Source: Octopus sinensis (Eukaryota). Taken from it: a stretch of DNA of 64,000 nucleotides. The first letter of the stretch is position 1. Each line of letters starts with the position of its first letter. Made by a program: the position numbers and the translations under genes. Below the pieces are notes generated by a model that was given only the letters and a program-made list of their open reading frames with translations, made no database searches and was not told where the DNA came from. The DNA lies in assembly GCF_006345805.1 (NCBI RefSeq), contig NC_042997.1, forward strand, positions 160,456,001-160,520,000, written 5' to 3'. This document shows positions 24,309 through 37,941 of this stretch, one piece after another.

Positions 24309-27164
24309 ATATACGTGGCATCAACCCATCAATTATTGCCCAAAAATGGAAGATCCCATATATAGAGAGTTGGATTGCCGAAATGGCACATTGCTTCCCT
24401 TTCTTTATCCTTACCGAGACTCACCTGAACAACACCCATATGGACGCAGGGGTGAAAATAAAAGATTTCACCATTGTTCGTGCGGATCGCACAGACCGAA
24501 ATAAGGGAGGGACAGCCATCTTTATCCATGACTCCTTTTCACTTGATGCCAAGGACACATTTTCCAATGGCTACTGTGAATCGGTATCACTATACAACAA
24601 AGCCAAGGACATAACCATTGTTGGTCTTTACAGGCCTCCCCAGGCACCTCTAAAGTACTTAGAAGAGTGCCTTAGCAAAGTCAAGTCCTTCCTTCGGAAG
24701 TACCACTCCGGAAACATACTAGTGATGGGTGATTTTAACCTCCCTCATGTGAACTGGCCCACAAATACTCCGAAGTTAGGCAAGTGCTCTACATCAGATA
24801 GGGCAGCAGCAGAACTGCTCTTTAATCTGATGGATGAGTATTTCCTGACTCTGCTAGTGCTTGAACCAACGAGACAGAATAAAACGATCTTGGATCTGGT
24901 ATTGACCAATCACTCTAGCTACGTTCACAGTATTTCAGTCGAAAAAACTCTCCTCTCAGACCACGACATGGTACTCTGCAATCTTAATTCTCGACATATA
25001 AAAACCAAACCAGCCACTCCCACTCCATGGCACCCATTTGACAACATAAACTTCCACAAAGCGGACTGGGGAACAATCAGAAAGGATCTGTCTTCCATCG
25101 ACTGGTCTTTTACTCTCAATTCCCCTCATATTGAGACCGCGTGGCAGCACTTTGAAAACATTGTCACCTATACATGCTCTAAACACGCTCCCAAGAAATC
25201 TACTAACACAAACAGAAACCGGCTCCCTAAAAAGAAAAAAACACTCATCAGGCGCATCAAAAGACTCAACAAAAATTCAACCAATTAAAATATTCCCACA
25301 CACAACATCCACATTCAACAACAATGAAAAGACTAGAGCTGGAAAAACTTCATCTGCAGACTAACATGAAAACCTCCATTGAAAATCAAAGAGCTGTGGA
25401 GGAACAATGGGTAATCAAAAACATCAAACAGAACCCAAAAGTGTTCTATTCTTATGCAAATAAGCATAGAAGCACTGTCTCACCCATTGGGCCATTGATT
25501 GATGATAACGGCATTCCCCAACACGATGCTAAAGAAATGGCAGAAATACTGCAGAAACAATACTGCTCTGTCTTCAGTGTTCCCACGTGAGGGAAACGAA
25601 CGAAGTTGACTCCCAACACAAAATCGCAGACATAACCTTCACTGCCACCGACATCGTAGCAGCAATAAATGAGGTCAAACATTACTCTGCTGTAGGCCCT
25701 GATAGATTTCCCGCTAGTCTCCTGAAGGAATGTAGATATCAACTTGCAGTCCCTCTGACCAACCTCTGGAGAAACTCGTTAGACGCAGGTTATATACCGA
25801 AACAGTTTCTATCCCAGTCGGTCATCCCGGTTTTCAAACAGGGAAACAGATCCCTCGCAGTCAACTATCGCCCAATCTCACTCACCTCCCACATCATTAA
25901 AGTGTTCGAAAGAGTGTTAAGATCAAGGATAGCTGACTTCCTGGAGACCCACAAACTCCTAAATTCAAATCAGCATGGCTTTCGCTCTGGCAGGGACTGT
26001 CTAACACAGCTCTTACACCACATTGAAGATGTACTCAAAGCCTTGGGAACAGGTTCGAACTCTGACGTCATATATCTTGATTTCAGCAAAGCGTTCGACA
26101 GGGTAGACCATAACATACTACTCTCGAAATTGGCAAATGTTGGAATCCGTGGAAAAGTTCTACACTGGATACAGTATTTCCTGGCGAATAGAACACAACA
26201 TGTTGTAGTTGATGGAGTCCACTCAAACCCAGCAAAAGTCACCAGCGGTGTTCCCCAGGGAACTGTTTTGGGTCAGCTACTCTTCATAATTTACGTAAAC
26301 GACCTTTCCAGTGTCGTACATCACTGCAAAGTGAAAATATTCGCTGATGACACTAAGCTCCATCAAATCGTCAATGAAGAAGCAGACCGAACTCAACTCC
26401 AGTCTGATCTATATGCTGTGAGTCAATGGGTAGACAGAAGCAAAATGCAACTGAATGAGGGAAAATTTGAGCTGATGCATTTTGGAAGAAATTCCTCACT
26501 AAAACAACCATACTCTCTTCCTTCAGGGGAACCGCTCACAGCCTCTAACAATATCAGAGACCTGCGTGTAATTGTTGATGACGATCTCAGTTGGAGTGCA
26601 CACATCAACAAGAAGGTCGATATAGCTCGTAGGATGAGTTCCTTGATCTTAAGAACTTTCCGGTCCAGAGAACAAGGTGTCATCATACCACATTTTTCCT
26701 CCTTTGTACGGCCACACCTTGAATACTGCTGCCCACTGTGGTCTCCTCACACAAGACAAAACATCTCCAGAATTGAGTCACCCCAGAGGGCTCTCACTAA
26801 ACAAATTGAAGGCATGGCTGCTCTCGATTATTGGGATCGCCTTAAAGCCTTGAAACTTTACTCCCTCCAGCGTCGCCGTGAGCGGTACATCATTTGTACG
26901 ATGTGGAAAATATACCGCCAACTTTACCCAAACGACCTAAACATTAGCTTCAAGGTTCATCCAAGACTTGGACCACGGGCTATACGTCCCCTGCCAAATT
27001 CAAGATCACAACATACATGTACACTGCAACATAATTTCTTTTCCTCAATAGGCCCTGCCCTATTTAACATTGTCCCGAGGGAGATCAAAGAGGAAAAGGA
27101 TCCCATCAACTTTAAACAGAGTCTGATAGATTCCTTCAAAGAATACCAGATAAGCCACCCATAA
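24248..27164 (+). pseudogene. LINE ORF2: AP endonuclease and reverse transcriptase (frameshifts near 25280 and 25590)
   Basis: APE motifs LNIRG, LTETHL, YRPP, MGDFN, LDLVL and SDH. RT motifs YRPISLTS, QHGFR, YLDFSKAFD, GVPQG and FADD. Confidence 0.92.
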
Positions 27165-27165
27165 T

Positions 27166-27251
27166 TGGATACAACTCACCCAACAAGAACTCACTACTTG
27201 AACAAAACTGGATACAACTCACCCAACAAGAACTCACTACTTGAACAAAAC
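27166..27251 (+). repeat. 43-bp tandem duplication at the LINE 3' end
   Basis: tggatacaactcacccaacaagaactcactacttgaacaaaac occurs twice. Confidence 0.9.
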
Positions 27252-28424
27252 TTGACTTAAACAGGATTCGAATAATCCTATCAGGTGGTGCTATTAAGTT
27301 AGACATAGCCTGGACCAATCTCTGGTCGAAACATATCTAAGTTTTATCTAAGTTTTATATATATATATATATATATATATTCATATTTATATATATATGA
27401 AAAACATGAAGACATAGAAGACGTTGAAATATTTCTTTACTTTTCCTGAATTTTTCTTGCCACTAGGATCGAGGAATGGATTTCAGTATCTAGTTTACTG
27501 GTGCAAATAACAAGAAATCAATTTAAGTTAACTTATGCGATAGGATAAGATTCATTGACGAGCTCGTAATTATTTCTAAGTTAGACCCCCATTCCTGTAA
27601 TTTGAAGCGGATAGCCTGTAGTTGATTACATTGAATACGGAGGAATACAAGGTAAAGTTGACCTCGGAGTGATATAAGTTCAAATTGTAAAAAGCCAGAA
27701 AATATACTCCGAATCATTTCCAAAGCTGTAACATATCTATCAATGAAACACATTTGTAGTGGAAGTCATATTAAGACGTGAATATGTGTGAAGTTCCTTC
27801 TCGTAGTGACCGTGAAATTAACAAATACTATTCCACTATATTATTATTTATAGTCTACTTTATGATGTTCCCTAACTCTTCTAGTAACAGTAAATGTCAT
27901 AGCTCAGTATTTTAAGAAACTATTGAAAGAGAAACAAAGAATAACTAGAGATGCAATTATAACAGTAAATGCTCGTTGTTGTTGTTGTTTTATAACATTG
28001 CAATTTCACAGTATTAACATCCATACTTATAATTCACATAAATCATATAATTGGGAAATAGCATGAGCACCTGAATTTCCCATTCTCTGGTCCTTCAGTA
28101 TGTGATCGTGCACTTTAAGTTTGACAATACAATGCAACTCCAGACATCTGTGTTGTTTGACTGGCTAGAAATAGCAGTTAAATCACTTTTACATCACACC
28201 AACCGCCACAAGAAATGTACGTCACATAGGGCCACGTCTACATAGTGATGTACAAAAAGAAACGTCGTGGAGATACCTGCAATATTAAGTCATCTCATTG
28301 TCTAGGACAACTCCAAGGCTAGACAACTGTTGCTGCTGCAGCACCTCATCCACTTCCACTTCATCCCCTCCAGCACCTCCCCCCTCCTCCTCCTCCTCCT
28401 AATACTACTACTACTACCACCACC

Positions 28425-28464
<40 letters not shown>

Positions 28465-28999
28465 ATATTACCACCACATTAATAAATTTCTAAAGCTATA
28501 CTTTGCATTCAGCTTGAAAAGCACATACTTATATCATAAGAAGTATGTGATTATCTGTCATATTAATTTTAACTATTAATTTTAACTATTAATTCATATT
28601 AATTTTAACTATTGACACACATTGCTGACTTCCCTAGAAGACAAAGTTACTAATTTTGTAAGAAAGATTTAAGAATAGGTACAACTTAGTTAAAGAGATA
28701 ACTCTGTTATTGTTAAACGTTATGAATATAAATGATACAGAAAATTTGCTGTACATAAGCAAATATGTAAATGCAAAATCTTTATTATTTTCTTTTATAA
28801 AGTAAATCTATTCCATTTCCTACTTTTCTACATAATTGTCTTGTTTATTTACAATGCGAAAATCGTACTCGACTAAAATACATTAGACAAATTTACTGTT
28901 ATTCATGTAAATCTTGCATAAATAATAGCACTGCCTATTTCAGTAATCAAATAGTTTTCGAGTCTCTAGAAGCAGGATTTTAGATTAAATTTGTCAACT

Positions 29000-29670
29000 A
29001 TTTATGTGTCCTCTTTTCAAGAGAAGCGTCATATATTGGTGAACAATCAACAGCGTTGGGAAGCATAAAGATAAAAGTTGTAGTTGAGAAAACTTTAGCT
29101 AACATATAGGAATGGAAGCCATCTGAATGTTGGTAAGGATTTACCTGTATCATGGTCAATAGCAGCGAGTATTCAAACGCCGACATCATGATTTCGGTTC
29201 AAAGAGTGATTTGTGAGAAATGTAGAGGCTGTAAGATGTGATATGTACATCATGGAAACAAAGTTACCCCAAAGTTGCTGGAATGATTCGTCTCCTTGCT
29301 CTATCTCAAGTGGTTGTCGTAAAATATTTACGAATTCACCAGCCCTAATTTCTGGGATCCTAATTTCCCCAATTTTAATTCAACGGGTTACTATGTGTTG
29401 GGTGCAGTTGAGAAAGTCATCAAGTGCGCTGCCTGCAACGCTAAGGCCGAGGTGTTCGAAGAGTTACCTTTGTACACATTGAGAAATGCATGTACCAAGT
29501 TTCGGACCTGTCTTGAGGCCGTGTTGGAAATTGAGGCCGCTACCTTGAGTAAAGAATTATTTTCTAACCACAATCTCGTTAATATCTAAAAACAAAAATA
29601 TATATTTTATTTTTGGATGGAATATTGTGTTTTCTTGATATTTTATGCAAACTATCTAATTTAACCCGAA
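29000..29670 (+). mobile_element. Decayed Tc1/mariner-superfamily transposase fragment
   Basis: The region near 29350-29530 resembles WPPNSPDLNP-DYYVWG-VE and ACTKFRTCLEAV. Ends are not defined. Confidence 0.55.
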
Positions 29671-30564
29671 CACAGCTCAAAGAAGTGGGGGAGCAATATT
29701 TCAATTACGTCGACTCTAATAGAATACTTGTTATTTCATCGATACTAAAGAGAAGGAAAACCAAAGTTCAATCTGAGTTCAAATAACACCCTGTCGGCAA
29801 AATCTGAACTCCGGATATGAAAAGTTGTGGATTTGTTCTTCATCCGTCTTTTTCTACTTTAATTTTGCAAATTACCATATTTTCTGTACATTAGTTATGA
29901 TAAATTTATCAAAATTTTGTTTTTGTATAACTGCACTTCAATGACTGAATCCAATATACGTGAATGTTGGGTTTCTTAGTTTTATTTTAGAGTGTTACGT
30001 TTATATCTGTATGAGAAGCGTGGAAATGTGTTTCTGAAAGCCTAAACTACATTGTGGGCATAATTCTAAACAACCGAGCCTATTAAAAACACTTTTTTTC
30101 AATCCAAGTTACATTAAATTTGGTTAAATCCGACAGTCCAATATATTCTCATATGTTAGGTACGTCTATAGGAACGTATGTTTGTATGTAAAAATATAGT
30201 TTTAAAACACAAATGGGGAATTCATTACATTCTGATGCGTTTAAAAATGTTAAGTCATTTCTCTCCTACCTGCAAAACACGGGACACACCACCGGATTAT
30301 ATGCAGATTTTGAGCTGCATCAGAGTGGGTGAAAATAACTGCACTGAGTGATCATTTGACTGGTCCTAACTACATAATATAGTCCAGAATGCATTGTGCA
30401 AGAACAAATTAATCGGAATATCATGATTGATTATGGCTACGCTTGGGCTTAACAACAACAATAACAAGAATATCAATAAGATTCTATAATGGTAAAATAT
30501 ACATCGAATAATAAAATGTATTTGCATGCTTATTCTTGATCTGTGATTTACGTTTGTTTTTCAG

Positions 30565-30803
30565 AAAAGTGGCCAAACGAAAACTTTTATTTTGGATTGT
30601 GTAAAGACATGAAGAAAGACGTCTTTCTATGGCAGAATGGAGAAGCACCTACTTATGATTTCTGGATGGTGGGTAGGCCTGACAATCATGGTGGCATTCA
30701 GCACTGTGGACTTTTAGACGAGAGAAGTAATCACAGATGGAATGATGAAGGTTGCAACGAGCAGGGCTGTGAGAGATATATATGCGAGATAGTCATGCAA
30801 TAA
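30565..30803 (+). CDS. PAN/Apple + C-type lectin gene, exon 3 (C-terminal half of CTLD, stop)
   Basis: Acceptor tttgtttttcag|, phase 1. Motifs FYFGL (WIGL-like), FLWQNG, YDFWMVGRPDN, QHCG, WNDEGC and YICE. TAA at 30801-30803. Joined CDS is 355+174+239 = 768 nt, or 255 aa. Confidence 0.9.
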
Positions 30804-30849
30804 ATGTGTAACTGGAAGAACTGTAATTACACAAGCACAAACAAACAAA

Positions 30850-30892
<43 letters not shown>

Positions 30893-31265
30893 GCACACAC
30901 ACGCACACACACACACACACACACGCACGCTCACACATGCACAACCATGCATACATACAGAATCACACTATTTATGTAAGTATATATATATTTGTGTACG
31001 TATACATATATACCTATATATATGTATAAGTATGCATATATTCATATACATACATACATCCATACACACACACACACACGCGCATGTTAATGGGCAATAT
31101 ATGGATTTATATAATCCGGTGGTAATCACACAAAAAACTGCTGTAGTGGAACGAACTACAAACCACATAATAAACCAATGCCTATGAGAGTATTGTAGAA
31201 TCCTATGCATTTAGAATTCAGTTAATCCAATCAGTGAAGATCATTTCAGGAGAAATATATAGAAT

Positions 31266-32315
31266 CTAGCAGAGATACCCGGCGTTGCCCGTGTTACATG
31301 CTATTGAAGAATTAGACTTTTCATATTTTTATATGATTCCAATTTCATCAAAATTGGAGATTAAAAATTTTAATTAGAGTTCTTTCCTTCTTTACGCACA
31401 CTAACAAACATTATAATTATGACTATTTATCCGATACTACTCATCTTTATGCCCAAATCCCAAAATCCAAACCTTATAAAAGCTATTCAAAGGTTTTTGC
31501 TCCTGAAAAAAAAAGGGTACATGGAGCTCTAAAATGTGGGAGTTAAGGCCCCTATTAGGGGGTCATCAAGTCAAGTAGAGAAGTTGACTTGTTGGGAATC
31601 TTTTTTAACTTGTGTCTTATATCTATTGTTTAAATTTCTTTGAACTCGGAAATATATGAATGTTCACTGGGGTTGTAAAAGAGAGCAAAGATACAGGAAA
31701 CCAAGAGACGAATGATCACAATAATCAGTCAGCTAGAAAATAGAAGGGCGTGACCCAACTGAAATAAACATTAACAACTGTGTGACGTATGGGCTAAGGG
31801 GAAATTAAAATGTCACCTCTGGGGTTTGCCAATAATCGCTATACCGATAGCTAGCTGAACAGAATAAATTTGAAATCTATAAATCTATTTGAATGGCCAG
31901 TCACTTATCTGGAAAGGCCTTGAAATCAATGTTATCATCTGGGGACGATCTCAAAGGAGGTCTGCAACCAAATCACTTTACGCAAAATAACACTTTGCAA
32001 CTGAACCAGTGTAGGCTAACATGCCTCTCCTTAGTTGACTATTTATGAACCACTTTTCAGAAATCACAATCTAAGTATATCTCAAAGCAAACTCTTACAC
32101 TGTTGTACCATTGAATAACAAATAACGCTCAACTTGTATGGTCGGGTGACTCTACAGTTTCCAAGACTACTACTGTATTCGTCTTGGCCTGGGAAAAATG
32201 ACTAAATTGTGGGGGATAATCCCCCATTAAGGGGTTTTACTAACTGCTAAGAAGTTAAAATTTTAGGAATATTACTTCATTTATGTCTAATATCTATGGT
32301 AAAAATTACATGTAT

Positions 32316-32320
<5 letters not shown>
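31266..32320 (-). mobile_element. Helitron-like element
   Basis: Minus-strand 3' end cacgggcaacgccggg-tatctctg-CTAG. The 5' limit is uncertain. Confidence 0.5.
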
Positions 32321-32366
<46 letters not shown>

Positions 32367-32638
32367 ATATATTATATTATATATATATATATATATGCAC
32401 ATATACATACATGTATGTGTGTGTGCATATAAATATCATTTTATCACTATGATAGATAGCTAGCCAATACACATTATTTTCTCTCCTTGTTTCTTTCTGT
32501 GTTGCTTTCTGTCGCAGAGCATAGGCTCGAAACGTTAAAGACCTTTTCACTTCTCCAGCGTTAAACTAATACATATGTCTGTTGACTACAACACTTGTTT
32601 TCGCCTTTTGTTTTTTGCGAATTCTCTCCCTATATATG

Positions 32639-32716
<78 letters not shown>

Positions 32717-33075
32717 TATTACAAATTTGGGATTTTACCAACAGGATCACAACTTCAATTCCAGGACAACCTTATTTTCTGGAGTACACAGAAAGTTATA
32801 TCCCAAATACTAATCTAATAATATAATCATTTTAAAACCTACTATATCGTACGATAAAATAAATGACATCAGAATTAATGAAAAATTATTTCAAAAAATA
32901 TATATATATGTATATATATACCTTACCCGTTATTAGTCTGTGGGGACAGAAGATAATATTAAACAACGCTACACGTGTTTCTGCGCTGGTGGTTTGTTGG
33001 ATCCTACTTAACCATACAAATTCAAAGATTTTTTCATTAAAGATGTTTTCATTAAAGACAAGAATATATATATAT

Positions 33076-33117
<42 letters not shown>

Positions 33118-33786
33118 ACTTCCTAATATAATTTTACAAAACTTAAAGATTTTAAATATTAAATAAATTAAAAATTCATAAGAATTTAATAAAATTAAAC
33201 ACCTAAAAATATAATAACGATATATATATATATAGAAATGACTAAACATAAAGAAACCTTCATTGACTATTTTATAACCTCGTCAAATTAAACCACCCAT
33301 CTATATAAACTTTGATAATTTTTTGTGAAATTTACCCCTATCAATACTAGTATATATTACCATTATTACAGTAAAAAACAGGAAAAAACAGGGAAAAACC
33401 TCTATATATGTTATAAATGTATTGAATAAATCTAGTAAATGAAAATATCTACCGCAATTAATAAAGGAAGAATATTTATCTGCATGTTTACTTCTTCTTT
33501 AACCTGTGCAAATAGTTGAACCTTATGAGAATAAAAACACTACTCTAAAAACAAAAAATTCTTTAAGACTAATATCATTTGAAAGGTTAAATTCAAGGGG
33601 AGATAATTATAAGATACTCTTTAGGTATATTTGGATTTTTCTCGTGTTAAAGATTTAGAGATTTATTTTATTTAATATGTGGCCAGTATAATCCTTTTTA
33701 AAGTAATATTCTTTACATTTATTCTTGCTTTTTGGTATACCCGTATCTAATACTATTATATTGTTCTATTAAAACTACTTTTAACC

Positions 33787-33839
<53 letters not shown>

Positions 33840-33855
33840 TGTATGTATGTATATA

Positions 33856-35213
33856 TTAGCAGTTAAGCCTGGTTTCACCCGGTCTGTTTGGATGATATGG
33901 CTGAGATCGTTCGGTTAGGCATAATCTGTAACACCGTTTCTCAACCTTATCATTTCGGGTTCCCTGTTCGATTGGAGCTTCCAGCTGTATGGAAATTCAT
34001 CTCCCCCACTCCTGCTTCAGGAGTTGTGAAGGAAGAATTTGTACGTAGTTTGTTTCTGAGAGCTATTGTATTGAATCTCTGTCTAATTATTAAAACATTT
34101 ATTTAATTATGAACATAGAAAGAAATTATACATTAATCCCTATTTTTGTAAGTAGTTGTATCCGTAAAAATATTTTTGCAAAGAGCAGAAATTGAAAGAA
34201 GATATGTGAAATGGACGTGTGTGTGTGTAAGAGAGAGAGTGTGTGTGTATGTGTGTGTTTGTGTGTATGCGTGCGTTCGCCTGTGTATGTGAGAGAGAAA
34301 GAGAGATAGAGTGAGTGAGTGAAGGTGTGTCTCACTAAGTTATGTTGGTTGGCGCGGCGACTACGAAGCTTTTGAGGCGGCAGATGAATGGTGTGATTTG
34401 AAAGATGTGAAGAAATGCCGTCTTTTCAGTGGAGCGCTTCTTTGTAGGCAACGTTTCTCGTTTTCCCTTCTGATGCACAAATGTATAGACTTTGTGGCCT
34501 GCCAACACGGGAGCATCCAACGTAAAGTTGACCGTGAGAGGAAACTTGCTCTGTGAGATTTAAACCAACCATTTGCAATGATTGAACCTGTGCCTTATTT
34601 ATTGTCATTGCAAAGGAGAGTTTGATAGGAAATTGAAGCTGCTTAAACTTGTAGATCGTACCGGAGGGAGTGAGGGATATTGGAAGTATAAGAACAGCTT
34701 GACCAGCGCCTCAATGAGAAGATTCCCCATGGCTGAGCCACGACTAACATTGCAAGTTGGACTTTCCTGTTTGGTCAGGTCTAGTGGTGATTTGAAGGCT
34801 GAGTGTGCCGTACGACCGCCATGCAGTAGAGTTGCCGCAATGCCGCTGGATGCAACCCCTATGGCAATCCGATTATCCTGGCGAATTTTGGCTAGCAGGA
34901 GGTTCATGAGAAAAGTTTTTCCGGTTCTGTCGGGAGCATCCAATAAAGCAGAAATTGAAAGAAGATATATGAAATGGATGTGTGTGTGTGTATGTGTGTG
35001 CTTTTCCGGCTAATTCGACGGAATTTTGCAGTCAGCAGGAGGTGGTTTGAGTTTATCTCTCGAGTCGAAGTGTTGTTAATTTGTCTGTTATAGCAATGCC
35101 CAGACAAGTGAAAATGTCTTCGTTTTTTACTCCATCGCCTGCAGTAAAAGGAGTCAAGAGCCCTTCTCCGTAAAAAAATTTTACTTTTGTAATATAGGAC
35201 TGGGTGGAAAGGA

Positions 35214-35275
<62 letters not shown>

Positions 35276-35590
35276 CAGTGCGTGTGTGTGTGCTTGATGG
35301 GGTGTACGATATGGCCGAGAGAGTTAACTGAAATTTTGTTATTCACTTGTAGTGAGTGAATGTGTGAGAAAAGGAAAGAGAGTTTGTGTATGTTAGCGGG
35401 GAAATTCCATTAGAAAATGTTTTAATCGATTTTCTTAGTAACTGTGGGGGCTAGAAAAGAAAATACAAAATGCATTCCAATCTATGTATCCGTCTTCACA
35501 TGTGTGCCATTTTTCACACGAATCCACACTGCCGTTTGGCTTTGAACCTCAAGACAAGAAAGAATACAACGCTCGGCCATGTGCAATTTA
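33856..35590 (-). mobile_element. Helitron with internally deleted PIF1-type helicase
   Basis: DAPDRTGKTFL..GVASSGIAATLLHGGRTAHSAFK (motifs I/Ia) is joined to MTINKAQVQSL..HGQLYVGCSRV (motifs V/VI). 3' hairpin plus CTAA at 33856. Confidence 0.85.
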
Positions 35591-35591
35591 T

Positions 35592-35679
<88 letters not shown>

Positions 35680-35684
35680 ATATA

Positions 35685-35769
<85 letters not shown>

Positions 35770-35770
35770 T

Positions 35771-35813
<43 letters not shown>

Positions 35814-35959
35814 CATACATACATACATACATACATACATACTACATACATACATACATACATACATACATACATACATACAGAAAGGTAGATTGATAGA
35901 TGCAATTGATTGTGCAAATGAAAATATGAGACACTGCTTTGAAGAATTTTTTGTCGAAC

Positions 35960-36281
35960 GGATCGACCTCAGTGCTATTATATATTTTGATAAGCCTAGT
36001 ACTTATTCTATCAGTCACTTCTTGTCAAACCAGTAAGTTACGGAGATGTAAATATACCAAAATCAGTTGTCAAGCAGTGATGAAGAAGAAACACAGACAC
36101 AAAGACACACATACACTTAGATATATGCATATATATACGATGGATTTCTTTCAGTTTCTGTTTACCAAATCCGCTCAGAAGACTTTGTTTGATCTGAGGC
36201 CTCAGCAGAAGACACATAACAAGTTACCAGACAGTGGGACTGCTTTGGAACCAAGTTTCTTACCACTCAGCCACACCTGCA

Positions 36282-36283
<2 letters not shown>
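35960..36283 (-). mobile_element. Degraded SINE
   Basis: Shares aagcctagtacttattctatc, ttctttcagtttc and cagccac blocks with the SINE at 2587-2993. Confidence 0.65.
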
Positions 36284-36322
<39 letters not shown>

Positions 36323-36330
36323 TATATATA

Positions 36331-36497
36331 TGAACATGCTTTAAATAAAAGCAGCAGAAATATAACAAAAGCTGTTACTTAGAGTTTCACATTCCCGTTC
36401 GTAAAATGGAACAGAAATAACGATAAAGCATATTACTCTATCTCTGGTATTTGAGTACTCTTTTTTCCACCTTGTTTCGTATTTATGTGCGTACTCC

Positions 36498-36546
<49 letters not shown>

Positions 36547-36988
36547 ATATATATATATATAATATATATATATATATTATATATATATTATATATATATA
36601 TATAATATATATATAGGAATGGTTGTGTGGTAAGTAAGTTTCTTACTAACCAGATAGTTCTGGGTTCAGTCCCATTGCATGGCACCTTGGGCAAATGTCC
36701 TCTACTATAACCTCTATATGTATGTATGTATGTATACATATACATATGTAACATGTGCACACACACATATATATATACACATATATACATTCATATGAAT
36801 ATTTATACATATACACATATTAATACCTTAATATATATAAGGTGGAAAAAAGAGTACTCAAATACCAGAGATAGAGTAATATGCTTTATCTTTATTTCTG
36901 TTCCATTTTACGAACGGGAACGTGAAACTCTAAGTAACAGCTTTTGTTATATTTCTGCTGCTTTTATTTAAAGCATGTTCATATATAA
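36331..36988. repeat. ~145-bp inverted repeat of Penelope-like terminal sequence (36331-36473 and 36839-36988)
   Basis: The arms are near-perfect reverse complements and are related to 39970-40112. They carry a decayed hammerhead motif. Confidence 0.8.
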
Positions 36989-37081
36989 AATTATATAGAA
37001 CAAAATTAGATATACGATAAAACATTTACTTATAATTAAGTAAAGTACAAAATAATAAATAAATAGTATATATATATATAT

Positions 37082-37305
37082 AGGAATGGTTGTGTGGTAA
37101 GTAAGTTTCTTACTAACCAGATAGTTCTGGTTCAGTCCCATTGCATGGCACCTTGGTCAAATGTCCTCTACTATAACCTCTGGCCGCCCAAAAGAGACCG
37201 ATAGAATAAGTACAGCGTTTACAAAGAATAAGCCTTGGGGTCGATTAAATTGGTTGTCCAATATGATCGCAGACAAATAAATGAAACAAGTTAATAAATA
37301 AAGGA
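37082..37305 (+). mobile_element. SINE (internally deleted); its head is duplicated at 36615-36715
   Basis: Head aggaatggttgtgtggtaag...ggttcagtccc, plus body blocks agagaccgatagaataagtac and ggggtcga. Confidence 0.75.
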
Positions 37306-37541
37306 ATGTATATATATATATATACATATGTATATTTGAGTAGAAAAATGAAATATCTTTTTATGGATAATTCGTTTAACCGATACCTGGGTAGAAAATT
37401 CACATCAGAAATAACACGGTTGAAGTTACGTGCCTAGGGCAGAGACTACGTGTTTTCGTGTGGAAATTTGTGTCTATTTTTATAAAATTTATGAATAAAT
37501 GAAAGAATGGAGTTGAACGACAAATTAACAAATTTCCTTTA

Positions 37542-37624
37542 TTTTCGACATATGTTTCGAAGGCTGCATATTCCTAATTGTGAAGGAATAAGGAGTACAT
37601 TATGCCGCTTTCTCATCAGGAAAA
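37542..37624 (-). ncRNA. Type I hammerhead ribozyme motif (left arm)
   Basis: Mirror image of 37717-37799. Confidence 0.75.
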
Positions 37625-37716
37625 ACAAGGAATTTATGTCAACATCAAGATTCCCAAAAACTTTTAGATGACTGCTGTCACGGAGCAGAATCTTGATGTT
37701 GACATAAATTCCTTGT

Positions 37717-37799
37717 TTTTCCTGATGAGAAAGCGGCATAGTGTACTCCTTATTCCTTCACAATTAGGAATATGCAGCCTTCGAAACATATGTCGAAAA
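37717..37799 (+). ncRNA. Type I hammerhead ribozyme motif (right arm)
   Basis: ttttc CTGATGA gaaagc..gccttc GAAA catatg TC gaaaa. Intact core, GUC cleavage triplet and palindromic stem III. Confidence 0.78.
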
Positions 37800-37856
37800 T
37801 AAAGGAAATTTGTTAATTTGTCGTTCAACTCCATTCTTTCATTTATTCATAAATTT

Positions 37857-37909
<53 letters not shown>

Positions 37910-37941
37910 TTTATTTAAAGCAGCAGAAAATTCAACAATAT

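Larger units (their letters stand above)
23020..27356 (+). mobile_element. CR1-type (APE-RT) LINE, apparently full length, inserted in a TA-rich microsatellite
   Basis: ORF1, overlapping ORF2, and 3' tail (TATCTAAGTTT)x2. TA-rich repeats on both flanks. Confidence 0.88.
37479..37862. repeat. ~175-bp near-perfect inverted repeat with ~34-nt spacer
   Basis: About 37479-37653 is the reverse complement of about 37688-37862. Confidence 0.92.

Noticed and set aside
34426-34943. Cellular PIF1 helicase gene
   Set aside because: It is intronless, internally deleted, has a degenerate Walker A, and is linked to a Helitron-type 3' end.
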